A stretch of DNA of 64,000 nucleotides, from the NCBI RefSeq assembly GCF_009914755.1, contig NC_060934.1; one strand, 5' to 3'. Shown in pieces: positions 14,750 to 30,520 of this stretch. This stretch comes from the human T2T-CHM13v2.0 reference genome, Homo sapiens. Numbering within the stretch: position 1 is the stretch's first letter; every line of letters starts with the position of its first letter. The translations under genes and the position numbers were made by a program. The notes under the pieces were generated by a model. The model searched no databases. It was not told the DNA's origin and saw only the letters and a program-made list of their open reading frames with translations.

Positions 14750-15074
14750 ACATGCTATTATTATTTTTCTGAACCATTTGCAGGTTAATGAATTTTCACA
14801 AATGTTTATGTCCATGTTATCAGCACTCAAATCAAGTTGTAGAACATTTCCAGTACTCCAGAAAGTTCCCTTGATACCCTTTTCCAAAGGCAATCAATGA
14901 TCTTATTTTTTTTAATCACCATAGATTTGTTCTGCCTCTTCCTGACCTTAATGTAAATGGAATAACTCCTGTCTTTATTTTTGCTGAATTACTTTAAAGC
15001 CTATCCTAGGCCTCATGTTATTTCATCTTTACATACTCAGTAAGTATTTCTAAAAGTTATAGGCATTTTCTTAA

Positions 15075-15507
<433 letters not shown>

Positions 15508-16934
15508 TGACTGCAGAAGCAGGCAATCTCCCTGCAGAGCCTTACTTGACACTGCTTAGTCTCTGCTGCTGTTCTCAGTGCGGGTCCCCGGCGGAGGTTT
15601 TGGCTGCCTGGGGGACCAAGGAGTGGCTGACATCTCTGACGACCCTTTCTTGTGCTTTGTGTGGTCCCTCTCAGCTGGGGCCCTATAACACATGGCAATC
15701 CATAAATGCACTCACAGTGGCCCTTTGAGCCCCCCAGCCCACAGGCACACTCACTTATGCCACTATTTTTAGAGATGCCGCCTGCTGCCTTTCAAAAGAC
15801 CAAAGAAAGGAAATAGCCCTGCAGTGGCTAAACAGATGGAGACCTGGTGGATGTGTTTGAAGGCTGCTGAGAGCTTCTCATTCCCACAGTCTAGACTTCG
15901 GAAAGGTGCAGAGACAAGTTAAGCCATCAAAATGCAGAAAAGACATATTCCTTTCATATTTTAGATCATAGTTGCAAATGAGTCCTAATAACACACAAAT
16001 CCCTATTTGTATAAAAACATGTAAGTAAAACTGACGGTAACCTGTTCTTCCAGGAGACAGTTAGGTAGAAACAAGCCTAAAAGGATATGTTTTCCCCCCC
16101 TTGGAAGCCCAGCACAGAACTCACTGGGAACAAGTAAATTATTATGAGCCTGAATTAACTGCTAGTAATCACAATTTTAATCTGTCTTATAAATTGTAAG
16201 GTCCATGTGGCAACTAGATAAGTCAAAGACTTAAATGTATTCACAAATCAAACCTTACACACTTCCCAGAGGATGTATTTGTTTGATAAAAGCATCCTTA
16301 ATCTTGTTTCTAAAACAGAGCTGGATGAAGCTGTTTGAATGGAAATGGATTTTGATCAAAAATATATTTCCCAATTACTTAGAAATAGCTTCTCTGCTCT
16401 CCACATGACAGGCCTGTTGACTATTGCAAGGTTTTCAAGTGTTTTCTTTCTTGGCACAGTGATCAAAAGAAGGACCTTTGGAGTAGGGGGTCAGGGAGGG
16501 GAGATAAAGGGGAATGGTTGGGACTATAGCATCTCTTCTTCCTTCCCTCCCTCCCAATAAGCTACCTGGCTCCTTTTTAATCTGTTTTATGGACTAAACT
16601 TCAGTGTAAGATTACCTTTGGAAAACCACTGGCTTCATGTATCTCTTCTTTCTGTAGCATGTGAGATGCTAAGAAAGGTAACAGGAAGCTGCATAATTCC
16701 TACCTTGTCAGCACCCCGAGGGCCTAGGGAGTGGCCTTGGTCCTACAATTGTCGATTCTGGCCTGATGCCCATGGACTTGTCACTGTGTTGTTCTTCCTT
16801 CCTCCTCTCCACTTACTTCTTGGTATCCAGAGAGGAAAATCATGATTTTAAATGGGAACAGAGGCCTGAGAGGATGTTAGACGTTCTTTTTTTCGTCTTC
16901 TTCCTCCTCCCTATAATTGTTATTATTATTATTA

Positions 16935-17276
16935 GAGGTTGAGCCTCCCTAATCCAAAACTCCAAAATCTGCAACTTTTTGAGCGCCCACATGACACCAC
17001 AAGTAGAAACTTCCACACCTGACCTCATGGGATGTCTTGCAGTCAAAACGCAGTCAAAATTTTGTTTCATGCACAAAATTATTTAAAATATTGTATAAAT
17101 GTACTTTCAGGCTATACACATAAGGTATATATAAAACATAAACGAATCTCATGTTTAGACTTGTTTCTCATCCCTAAGATATCTTATTATGTATATGCAA
17201 ATATTCCCAAATCTGACAGTCTGGAATCTGAAACACTTCTGGTCCCAAGCATTTTGGTTAAGGGTTACCCAACTTA
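16935..17276. mobile_element. Tigger4b/MER46B (TcMar-Tigger)
   Basis: Terminal inverted repeats AGGTTGAGCCTCCCTAATCC and GGTTAAGGGTTACCCAACTT; internal CCACACCTGACCTCATG and CTGAAACACTTCTGGTCCCAAGCATTT. Confidence 0.85.
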
Positions 17277-18004
17277 TGTAAAGCCACAAGTCCACTGAAA
17301 AATTAATAAAGTACAGAAGAGTAGGGAGAAGTAAAAAAACAAACAAAAAAAACCCCCTTCAACATCTATATCCTAGAGACAAGAAGTTGTATTTCTGACT
17401 TAGAATTTTTTAGGTGCATTTTAACAACATAGCTCAGACAGTAGGCACAACTTTTTAGCCTGCTTTTTGTCACAGACCCTTTTCAACACAAGCGTTTGAC
17501 TTAGTGTTTAATATCTCACTAGGGGATGGCTACAAGATTTCCATCCAAGTGTGGGTTTGAAGGAGGAATTTTATTCTTTATGTATTTCTGTTCTATGAAA
17601 TTCACTTTAAATTTCTCCTGACATCTCACTGGGGAGCTCACTCTTCCCTTTCTCTATGGCATAAAGTAAGGAGTGCTTCATTGTGCATTAAGCCTGTGCT
17701 CTGGGGGATAGAGAAGTCAGCCACCAACACGGCCATCTAAGAATGTGCTTCACATAGACTCTAACACAAAGACTGTTTGCATGGAGCACAGTGTGGGGGA
17801 TGATGAGGTCCATGACCCAGAAGAGTGCCCTGGAATTCTCCCTGTTAGTGGTGTGAGAGCTTTTTTGTACTCCTGCAGCAATTCACGTTCTTGGAGTGGT
17901 TTCAGGAAAGCTTACTGCCCTCTCTTCTCATGAGTACTAGGTGTGCTTCAGGCCCCCAAAGTCTTTCCCAAATCTTTATTAGTCCCTCCAAAGGACCCAG
18001 AAGA

Positions 18005-18418
<414 letters not shown>

Positions 18419-18454
18419 TCATTGTGCCAAGGAATTATACAGCTGAGATTTCAT

Positions 18455-18620
18455 TTCCTCCTCATGGCCACCTCACAAGGCAGGAAGCGTTCCTTCCACT
18501 TTACAAATGAGGAAAAGTGAGACTGACTCACAGAGAGCTTGAATCACTTGCTCAAGGCCACCAGATGGCAGGGACAGAACTGGGACTGAAACCCATCTCC
18601 CTGCCTTGAGTGCCTTATCC
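18455..18620 (-). mobile_element. MIR containing a CTCF-like motif
   Basis: CCACTTTACAAATGAGGAAA ... CACTTGCTCAAGGCCAC ... GGGACTGAAACCCA. Confidence 0.8.
18555..18573 (+). promoter_or_regulatory. CTCF core motif
   Basis: AGGCCACCAGATGGCAGGG fits CCASYAGRKGGCR. Confidence 0.5.
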
Positions 18621-19961
18621 TGTAACCTAGCCTCGTGGCCATGGTTTCCGTTGCCTGACTTTTTTTGCTTTAGCCAGTTAGGGATCTCTTCCTCCATTCT
18701 CACCTGGATGCTGTCCCCATTAAAGAAAGGAAGGACTTTTCTCTGCCTGCCTCTGGCTGGAGGAGCCAGCTTGCCTTCTCCCAACTCTTCCTAGCACCAA
18801 AGACAGAGAGGCACACTTCACCCCACAAAAAGGCCTTACGATCTTCCCAGAGCCTGATGGTTTTCAGAAAAATGGGAAAGAAAGAACCCTCTGGAGACAG
18901 GGCCTTTTTATTTTATTTCATTTCACAAACACAATGAAAAAAAAAATCCTGCTAATAGGATTGCCAACTCAGCAGGCCTAGGCAAGCAATTCTAAGTAAA
19001 TAGAAAGCATCCTGGCACACCTTGAGATTGATTACAAGTCAGGAACAATGATAGGCAACCAGAAACTAATCAGGAGAGTTGCCTTTTACTAAAGGGAGGG
19101 GATGGAGAGAGAGAGAGTGCCAGGGCACAGCCATTACAACCAAGTCCTATCGATTTTGTGCTGGTTTCCCAGGGACCTCCATGGCTCCCAGGAGCAGAGG
19201 TAGCAGCCAAGTTGTTCTCTGGGCTGCCTGACCGCAACAGCTCTGATGATACCAGCCTCTGGGCAGTTGCACTGCCAGCCAAGGAGGGGCTTCCTCTGGT
19301 CCAGGTGTAATAAACACCTGGTCCAGGTGTGATAAATCCCTTACTCCACTGGCCTCACCAGAAAGGCACAATGCCTTCTCGGCCAAAAGAGGCCCCGCCT
19401 TTCTAACCTTGGCCTGGCACCAGCAGCTCTAACATGAGGTTGATGGCCTTGAAACTGCTACCGGCCATCTCCCCAGCTGGGCTGATCTCACCTGGATCTT
19501 CCACCTTGTGTCCTTCCTGGGTCTTATCTCTCATCTCCGTCAGGCAGCTTTCTACTGTTAAGGGAGCTGGCCAGAGAGCAGGCTAGGATCTGATGGGGGA
19601 GGCAGCTGCCCTGAGGGAAGGCAGAAAGATGCAGACCTGGCTGTGCCCTGGGGCCCGAGTGGCCCACAGCTCTTCCTCTTCCAGGTCACAAGTGCCTCCC
19701 TGGAAAGTGATCTGTGGTTGCTCAATTCTTACAGGTGTAGTCTAAACTCATTGGATGACATTCAGGGCTGTCGTGAACTTGCTGTTGACCTTACCTTCTC
19801 TTTTGCTTTCCTTCCACACTTTTCTCCCCACCCCAGCCATTTAGTGTCTAATTACTACTCCTTCCTCAAGTCCTAGGTCATATTGCCTCCCACCTGGCTC
19901 TTGGGAGGCCTTCCCGCGTGTAATCCCCACTTGCTCTGTTGGCCCTATAAATATCAGGTAA

Positions 19962-20265
<304 letters not shown>

Positions 20266-21059
20266 CTACTGCTATATACTTTTAAACCCAGTTCAGTGCC
20301 ATACACCAAAGAAAGAAAGGCCTGATACAGGTGTTTTGGGCATCCCTTGGGGGAATACAGGCAAATCTTAGGGGTAGCAGGCATTGGATCCGTATTGAAT
20401 CTCAAATCTTGTTACAGAGGTGCCACACTGTTTCAATTTTCTTTTGTTATTTTAAAGGTCTCCCTGAGCCTCGAGACCATCATTAGAAACACTTGGCTTC
20501 ATTCATTTATCTTCATTTTATGACCCAGCAGTCACTACTAAAAGTACTGACCCCTGTTGATGGGAAGCATCAACCACTTCCTTAATTTTCACTGTCTCCA
20601 TTCCTCTTAGCAAAGGGCAGGACTGCGGTGTTGGAACTGTCTTTTGCATGTTTGGCTTTCACAGCTGCATTTGTAGTCCAATAGTTTCCTCCTGTTGGTC
20701 ACAATGCAACCGAATTCATCCTCTCCAGCCACGTTTATTCTTCAGACCCATCGTGCTCTCTGGGCACCTGCCTTTCTGGTTGGGGAGGAGAGAGCAGAGG
20801 AATGCCCAGGTTTGGGAAGAACAGTGGGACCTGTAGAGAAATTGCCATCCAGAAACTATGGACGGGTAGGAGTTGGAGGCTTTTGAGAAGTCAGTCAGCC
20901 CATTTCTGTCTTACCACTTAATAATGCTGAGAGGTTGCAGGAGTTTGTATTGTTTTAATTTACGAAGAGCAGGAACCTCTTAGTGCTATGGAAGTAATTG
21001 AAGAGGCAACATGGCTATGAAAATTATCAGGCACCAAACAGCAGTGATACTGATGGGGT

Positions 21060-21481
21060 GAATGCCTGCATCCCAACTGCCCCTTCTCAGGATGAGCCTC
21101 AGATACATAGGAGCAGGACTGAGTTTGGGCTATGTGACCCCATCCCTGTGCCACACCCATGCACTTGAGTGGTCCAGTGGTGGGCACCTGACCCAAGCTG
21201 AGCCAATTAGAGTTCTTCCCTGAGAATTTTCCAAATTCGAACCATTTGGAGGTAGGAGGCATTAGGATGTGAGACAGAAGCTGTGAGCTGGCATGTTCTC
21301 AATCGTTCAGAGAAAACTGGGCTGCAGTGAGAGAGTGTAAAATCCACATACAGAGGAAGTCAGCTTTTGAATCCCTGGTTTCATTGTTCCTATGGCTCAG
21401 CTGCAGCTCTCCCCTTCTTTTTAGTTTGAGCTAGTTTGAGATGCATTTCTGTTCCTTGTGACTAAAGTGTCCTGACTCACA
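21060..21481 (+). mobile_element. Old MaLR LTR (MLT1K/L-like)
   Basis: GGGCACCTGACCCAAGCTGAGCCAATTAGAG; 3' end GCTAGTTTGAG ... TTTCTGTTCCTTG ... CCTGACTCACA. Confidence 0.65.
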
Positions 21482-21764
21482 GAAACCAAACTATATCAAG
21501 CATCTGACATGGCAGGAGCTCTTTGTCCTTAAAACCCCACACCTGCACCTTAAGAAAGACCATTGCTTCTATAGGAGATGTCATGAGAGAATGCAGCAAC
21601 TTCAAACTGTCTGAATCGAAGTTACATGAGGCCCGCAGGAAGAGTTTTACAACTAAATAAGTGCAACATTTGGGTTTCCCCAACTGATTCTGTTCTCTAA
21701 GCTTCTTCATTGCTGCTTCTGCTCTGCTATCCTTCATCTAGCCTTGACACGTGTGTGCTGAGAT

Positions 21765-21925
21765 GGAGGAGCACTGGACTGCGCGTCCTGATTCTGCCCT
21801 TCCCCAGTCACATGATGTCAGGCAAACCATGGACCTCTCTGAGAGTTTATTTTCTCATCTACAAAATAAGGATAATAGTAATGCCCAGCTCATGACTTTA
21901 CTGGGAGGCCCACAAGGGAGTGAAG
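21765..21925 (+). mobile_element. MIR
   Basis: CTCTCTGAGAGTTTATTTTCTCATCTACAAAATAAGGATAATAGTA. Confidence 0.7.
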
Positions 21926-21997
21926 TTTCAAATTCAAGTGCTGTGACTTTCTCTTGTAAAACAAAAAGCAGATCACATGGCCTTACAACTCTTTGAT

Positions 21998-22285
21998 CAT
22001 TCGATTCAATTCAATTCCACTTAATAAATATTGCTGAGTGACCACCATATGCCAGGTCTGATGAGAGCTGGAGCTCTTGTAATGAGCAGGACAGATGAGG
22101 GCTGTCTTCATGCAGCTGACATTCTAATGGGGGACAGCAGAAAATAAACAGGTAAACCAAGAAATGAACAACTAAGACAGTTTTGAATGGAGAGAAGCCC
22201 AAGGAAGAAAACAAAATGGGATGTAGAGTGAGTGGGGTATGTGCTTGAGAGGAGAGCAGGGCAGGCTATTTCAAACTGGGACAGT
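21998..22285 (-). mobile_element. L2 3' fragment
   Basis: ATAAATATTGCTGAGTGACCACCATATGCCAGG ... GCTGACATTCTAATGGGG. Confidence 0.75.
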
Positions 22286-22858
22286 TTTAGAAATTCTGGG
22301 GTATGTATTGACCATGGATATAAGCCATCTCGTTAGGTCCCATGCCCAGCATGCAGGTGTTGGGCCCAGGGTCAATGAAGGATGTGTGTGAATGGCTGAA
22401 GAACTCCGCATGCACACTGCCTTGCCAGCTTTGGACTCTGCAACCTAAAGAATTGATATCCAGACTCAACATTTGTTGAATCTTAAAAAAAAAACATGTT
22501 AACTGAACAATTGGCTTGAGCAGGGGAAAAATGCTCACTCTGGGCTCACATTTTCTTCGCTTATTTCCCTTGGTATTTCTTTGCTATGGATAATACCCTT
22601 TTCTTTCTTTCTTATAATTTTTTTTTTTGGACAATATCTTGAAAAGCATCCAGGTCAAGATTGATATGACATTGGCTCTTTCCTTGCAAAATTAGGCCTT
22701 GCTCAGTCTGGGGGCCCAGCGTTTCAGAGTTTCCTGCTGCTGACATCTTCAGAAAAGACTTCCACTTTGAGGTTTAAAATTTTTCTTCCATGGCAAGTCT
22801 AAATGGGAGGAATGTGCCTTAGGCATTGTACTAGGCATGTTATATCATGTAATTCTTG

Positions 22859-23156
22859 TTTTTTTTTTTTTGAGACGGAGTCTCACTCTGTTGCCCAGGC
22901 TGGAGTGCAGTGGCCCATCTCCGCTCACTGCAAGCTCCGCCTCCCGGGTTCACACCATTCTCCTGCCTTAGCCTCCCGAGTAGCTGGGACTACAGGCACC
23001 CGCCACCATGCCCGGCTAATTTTTTGTACTTCTTTTTTAGGAGAGATGGGATTTCACCATGTTAGCCAGGATGGTCTCGATCTGCTGACCTAGTGATCTG
23101 CCCGCCTCGGCCGCCCAAAGTGCTGGGATTACAGGCGTGAGCCACAGCTCCCGGCC
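22859..23156 (-). mobile_element. AluY
   Basis: GCAAGCTCCGCCTCCCGGGTTCACACCATTC and GTTAGCCAGGATGG; TSD ATATCATGTAATTCTT. Confidence 0.95.
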
Positions 23157-23409
23157 ATATCATGTAATTCTTAAAGAAGTGAACCTGTGGAGTTTTAAAG
23201 AATTGGCCAAGGACATCAAGCAAGTTACAAGCTGATCACACGTACCTCTAAGTCCTGCCTGGGTTCACTCCACAAAGGTCATTCACAAATTACAGCAAAC
23301 ATTGCATAGTGTGCTTTAAACAAAGCCACCTTACAGAAGCTCTTTTGCACCCATTATCAACGATCTGCACAACAGCTCCGTGAGGTGTTGTGGACGCTTT
23401 TATTATGAC

Positions 23410-23810
23410 TTGTCAGTACCTCTTACCCTCTTTTTCAGCTTTGCTCTCCCCTCTCAAGGAACAGCACCTTCCTCATTTCAGTGAATTGGTTCTAGGGCTA
23501 CGGTGGTATCTTGCTCCTCTGGCTGCAGTGATTGGCCCAACAATGTACTTGTGGCCCACACAGGGCCAATCAGAGTCGTTCTTTGGGTTCTTATACCTTG
23601 AGCTAGAGGCGTATACTCTTCTTCCTGGGCAGCCACTGCACACGTGAGCCTGAGGGTAGCTGTGTTCCAGCTTTGCACAGAAAGCAGGTTTGGGAGAATG
23701 AAGCCAGAGGCCAAGGAGAGAATGCGGAATCCTGGAGTGTTGAAGGCCCTTGTTTTGATTCCTCGCGTCCTCCAGTGTGAGTGAGTTCACTTTCTAGGAC
23801 ATGCATTCAA
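23410..23810 (+). mobile_element. Old MaLR LTR relic (MLT1K/L-like)
   Basis: CTGCAGTGATTGGCCCA ... GGGCCAATCAGAGTC motif pair. Confidence 0.5.
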
Positions 23811-23949
23811 AGAACTCCCACTGAGGGGCCAGCAGGAATTAGTTTCTGAGGCAGCAACTAGGGGCAGCAGTTGCACACAGGTTGTTGTTTTTTTTTTTGA
23901 AGCTGTAGAAGAGGAAAGCCTCTGTGGACGATATGCAGAAAGGTATCTT

Positions 23950-24700
<751 letters not shown>

Positions 24701-24767
24701 TTCTCTAAAGGCAAATCAGAATACTGTTGGGGAGAGAAGCAGGAAATGGAGACAGTAGATGTAGTGA

Positions 24768-25434
24768 TGTGGCAGGTCAGGTCTCACTAATGCAGGCCTC
24801 CATGACAACTGTTTCGTACTGACTGAGTAGTTAAGTTAAATATTAAAAGTGGAAAGAGTCAGTGTCCTTATACAAAGACTGGAATGTAACAAAAGCCCAC
24901 CAAGAGTTTTGCCTAGGTCTTTCCTGGGCTTTAAAACATGACAAAATAACAAAAGAATTCTTAACAGGACTCATTTAGGATGAAACAAGTTTTATTGAGG
25001 GTCTGAAGAAACTCCCCAGGCTTCCACAAACAAGTTTACTGGGGGTGTAAAGGAATTCCCCAAACCTTTATGATTTAGCAGGAGACAAGATAAGGATAAT
25101 CACTTCAGCACCTGGGCCCATTTAGATTAAGTAAATTTACTGAGGCTCCAGAGGAAGGTCTTCAGGACTCAGACCTTAGTTATGCATTAAAAAAAGTTAA
25201 TCACTTATGTCTTTAGATGAATGCACACTTACACACTTACATGTAGACATGTAGCTTAGAAGGTATATAAGCTCTGGAAAACTTTGTAATTTTGAGTTGG
25301 TCTGACAATAATTTCCAGGCCTTCTCCCTGTTACCTGTTGCAGAAATAAAAACTCTCTTCCTCCCCAGTTCATCTGCATCTTGTTACTGGGCCACAAGAA
25401 ATAGCAGCCTGACCCTCAGTTTGGTCCAGGAACA
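24768..25434 (+). mobile_element. Complete solo LTR, MER39 (ERV1)
   Basis: Starts TGTGGCAGGTCAGGTCTCACTAATGCAGGCCTCC and ends GGTCCAGGAACA; perfect 4-bp TSD GTGA; TATATAA at 25264 and AATAAA at 25345. Confidence 0.88.
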
Positions 25435-25575
25435 GTGACACATGGCCACTGCAGCTCTTATTGCTAAGGTCACTGTATGTCCAGGTGAAGGCTGGGATTG
25501 GCTGAGATGCAGGAGGAATGAGGGCAACTCAGCTTGTGTAGACAAACTGAAGTGAAGGTTTTAAACATGGCTGCA

Positions 25576-25888
25576 GGCCGGGCATGATGGCTCATGCCTG
25601 TAATCCCAGCACTTTGGGAGGTTGAGGTGGGTGGATCACTTGAGGTCAGAAGTTCAAGACCAGCCTGGCCAGCATGGTGAAACCCCATCTCTGCTAAAAA
25701 TACAAAAATTAGCCGGGCATGGTGGCACACACCTGTAATCCCAGCTACTCGGGAGGCTGAGACACGAATTGCTTGAACTCAGGAGGCGGAGGTTGCAGTG
25801 AATCGAGATCATGCCACTGTACTCCAGCCTGGGTGACAGAGCAAGACTGTCTCAAAAAGAAGAAAAAAAAAAAAAAAAAAAAAAAAAC
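25576..25888 (+). mobile_element. AluS
   Basis: Full Alu; TSD AAACATGGCTGCA/AAACAGCTGCA. Confidence 0.95.
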
Positions 25889-26454
25889 AGCTGCAGATGA
25901 AACACACTTTGGGGTGATTTGTAGCACCTGGTGCGCACTTTGCCAAACAGTTCCCTTCATGTGGGGACCTAGTAGATGATGTGTGACACAGTCTTTCTGC
26001 TGCCTCCCCCATGTGGCAGAGTGGGATTCTTAACCCTAGCTATCTGACACCCCCAGGATCCACTGCCCATCAAGGTCAAAGCCATGTCCTCTCTCCTGCT
26101 CTCCTGGCCCTTTTTGCTTCACCTCCCTGGCCCAGATGCTAACTAGCTGTGCACTTGCACAACAAGACCCTGTCTGCTTTTTGCAAACGGCAGGCCCCTT
26201 AGGGATAGAAATTGGGGCGGGGGGAGGGGTGTTTTTGAAACCCTCATGCTGACAACTGAGGCTCCATCAGTGTCTGCTGCATCAACATCTTTAGGGCTTA
26301 GGCTATTTTTTTTGTTTTTTTTGGTCTTAAAAAGCTGGCTGAATGGATTCTCCTGACTGCGTGCTTATTAGAAAGATATTGCATCAAAATGTGGTGCAGA
26401 GTTTTCACTTCTAGAAATCTGACTTTTCCAAATGCCTGAACAGCTGTTCCTTTT

Positions 26455-27071
<617 letters not shown>

Positions 27072-27900
27072 ATTTTTTGTTATCTTTAACAGTTAGGCAG
27101 TCAGGCACTCTTAGATAAGATTTGGAAGGCGTAAGCTGACAAGCACAGCTTGGAGGGATTGGACTTTATTGGGGCTGTGTTAGCAGAGGTCTCCTGTCTG
27201 ATTACTGACTTTGTGGAGAGGGTGCAGAGCACCATTTGCTAGTTTGCATTAGAGCAGCTGTGATGTGGTTCTGCAGCCGCTTCAGCAGGAAGCTTTTCAG
27301 TTTAGCAGGTAACTTTCTGATGGTTAATGAGCCAGCTACTCTCTTGTAGACTGATTTTGCTACTGGATTCTGTGACTGGAAATTGTACTTTTATTCAGCC
27401 CTTCCTATAATTCTATAAACTATTTGTGATAAACCTCTTTTGTTTAAGCTAGCTAGAGTGGGTTTTTTTTTTTTCTTTACACACACACTGATACGGAAAT
27501 CTGGAAAAAGCAGCATATTTCTTTGCGTTCAAAGCTGTCTGATCCCTTAAAAAGCATGAGAGAATTGCTTTTCTGTTTCTTTTAAATTAAGCTCAACTAG
27601 GAAGACTAAACTTCTTAAAGTTCCTCCCAGTAGTTTATGAAATCTGTTGGCACAAATTGAAAGAGTCAGAAGTGTGGTCTCTAAGCCTCCAAAATCATCT
27701 CTCTACATTTCCTCTGTGTGCACACACCATTTCTCTATCTCTGGTCATCCCATAATTTCATTTAGAACCACTTTGCAAAACTAGTTTTCCTAGACCAGAT
27801 ACTAGACCAAATACAAATAGAAACACAAGAAAAAAATTATGAGAGAGTGAAAAGTGCGTAGTCTACTAGTCCAATTGATATTAACAATAGCTTCCTTTAA

Positions 27901-28104
<204 letters not shown>

Positions 28105-28404
28105 ACAGGATTCTATTTTTAAAAACCTGTTTGATATGCAATTTTCAAAGTTAAGTGGCATTTGAAGTTACTTACCAACGTTTATGTCAGAGATTTGAGT
28201 CCAGAGAAAAATGAGGAATGCCCTTCTCTGATGAGGTCATCCTGACAGTCCAAGGCAGAGTCTCTGAGGCTTGAGAGAAATTGGAAACCAGAAGTGCAAT
28301 TTGTCATCTGGCCATGCCTCCATCTGGCCATAGTACCTCCTCACCAGCTCCACTTTGCCCTACCCTATCCATCAACACCCACATCCCAGCAGCCCCAGCT
28401 GTGC

Positions 28405-28620
28405 AGCACTGTACAGTTTACAAAACTCTTTTGCATATGCATTCCCATTTGGCATCACCACCACCCTATGAGGCTGGCAGAGCAGCTGGCATTAGCCTCA
28501 CTTCAAAGAGGAGGAAGCTCCAGTGCAGAGAGCTTAAGGGACTTGCTGCAGGTGACACAGAAGCAGCGCCAGGTCTTGAATCAAGGTTTCTAAGTCAAAA
28601 CCCAGTATGTTTTCTAGAAG
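28405..28620 (-). mobile_element. MIR
   Basis: ACAGTTTACAAAACTC ... CACCCTATGAGG ... GGACTTGCTGCAGGTGACACAG. Confidence 0.7.
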
Positions 28621-28653
28621 CCATGGAGCCACTTGTGTTTTATTCTTCTTTGA

Positions 28654-29352
<699 letters not shown>

Positions 29353-30349
29353 ATGCCCAGCTAATTATTTTTATTTTAATTTTTTGTAGAGATGAGGTCT
29401 CACTATGTTACCCAGGCTGGTTTTGAATTCCTGGTCTTAAGTGATTCCCCTGCCTTGGCTTCCCAAAACACTGGGATTACAGGTGTGAGCCACCATGGCT
29501 GGTGTGTTTTATTCTTTATGGTCTTACCCCCTTACGAAGATGGGCCCCATTTCTCCTCCTGGCTCTTGGGTCAGCACTCAAATAACCATGGACATCTTGC
29601 AAACTGGCAAGGCCTTGACCTGAGTTACTTGGTATCTGGCTGCAAGTTGCACAGTTCTCCAAAGTTAACAGCACTGGTAGCTGTCATTTTTCGCCACTCC
29701 TCCTTCCTCTGTGTGAATACCCATTCATTTTTGGGAAGAGAAAAATGAAGAGCTTCAGGCAGATAATTCTCTGTGACCACTGGATGTCAGTACTGATCTA
29801 TGCTTGATAAGTGATCCTCTTCCCAGGCCAGGCAGAGCCGTCAGCACTCGGGTTTATGATGAAGCAGGCGCTGTACATTGACCAAAACCAAAATGTACAG
29901 TGACTACATATTTTAATTAAACAGCTGTGTTCCTCCTGCTCCCTCTCTGAGGATTCTTCCTCTAAATTGCTTGATTGAGCTGTTCTGGACCCAATCTCAC
30001 AAGAGTGAGGGAAGAAACAGCTTTGCAAACACAAGCTTAGATCATCTCTGTTGTCTGATTAATTCCCTTTCCGAGGATGGCACAACTTCAGGTGTATCAA
30101 AAGTATTAAAGAGCAGAGAGCCTAAGTGGTCCTTTGAGATGGGGAAAATTGGAGCGGTGAGCCTTGTAGAACTATGTGATTCATTACACTATGGGAATGT
30201 GTAGCTTTAAAAATAGAAACATAGAAGTGTGATAAAGCAGCTACTAAATGGGGAAGGAAGAAAAGTAAGAGAAGGAAGGAAGGGCTTATGGATTGGACAC
30301 AGTGGCATTGGGTGTGAGGGTTTTGGGGACCCTGGACTAGAAGCTCTTG

Positions 30350-30520
30350 TTGCGTTAACTCACTAATTCCTCCTTTAGCCCCATAGCAAGCTCATGAGGT
30401 GCTACTAGATGAGGAATTGAGGTTTAAAGAGGTTAAGTCCAAGGAGCCAGTGAGTGGTGGGATTGGGCTTCAAACCCAGTCCTCTATGATTCCAGAACTC
30501 ATGCTCCTGACCGCTGTTAT
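30350..30520 (-). mobile_element. MIR
   Basis: AGATGAGGAATTGAGGTTTAAAGAGGTTAAG ... GGGCTTCAAACCCAG. Confidence 0.75.

Larger units (their letters stand above)
13640..15065 (-). mobile_element. Fragmented old L1M 3' UTR pieces, interrupted by MER31 and Alu
   Basis: TTTTGAAATAATTTCATACTTACAGAAAGTTGTAAAA, GTAGAACATTTCCAGTACTCCAGAAAGTTCCC, GTAAATGGAAT. Confidence 0.7.
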
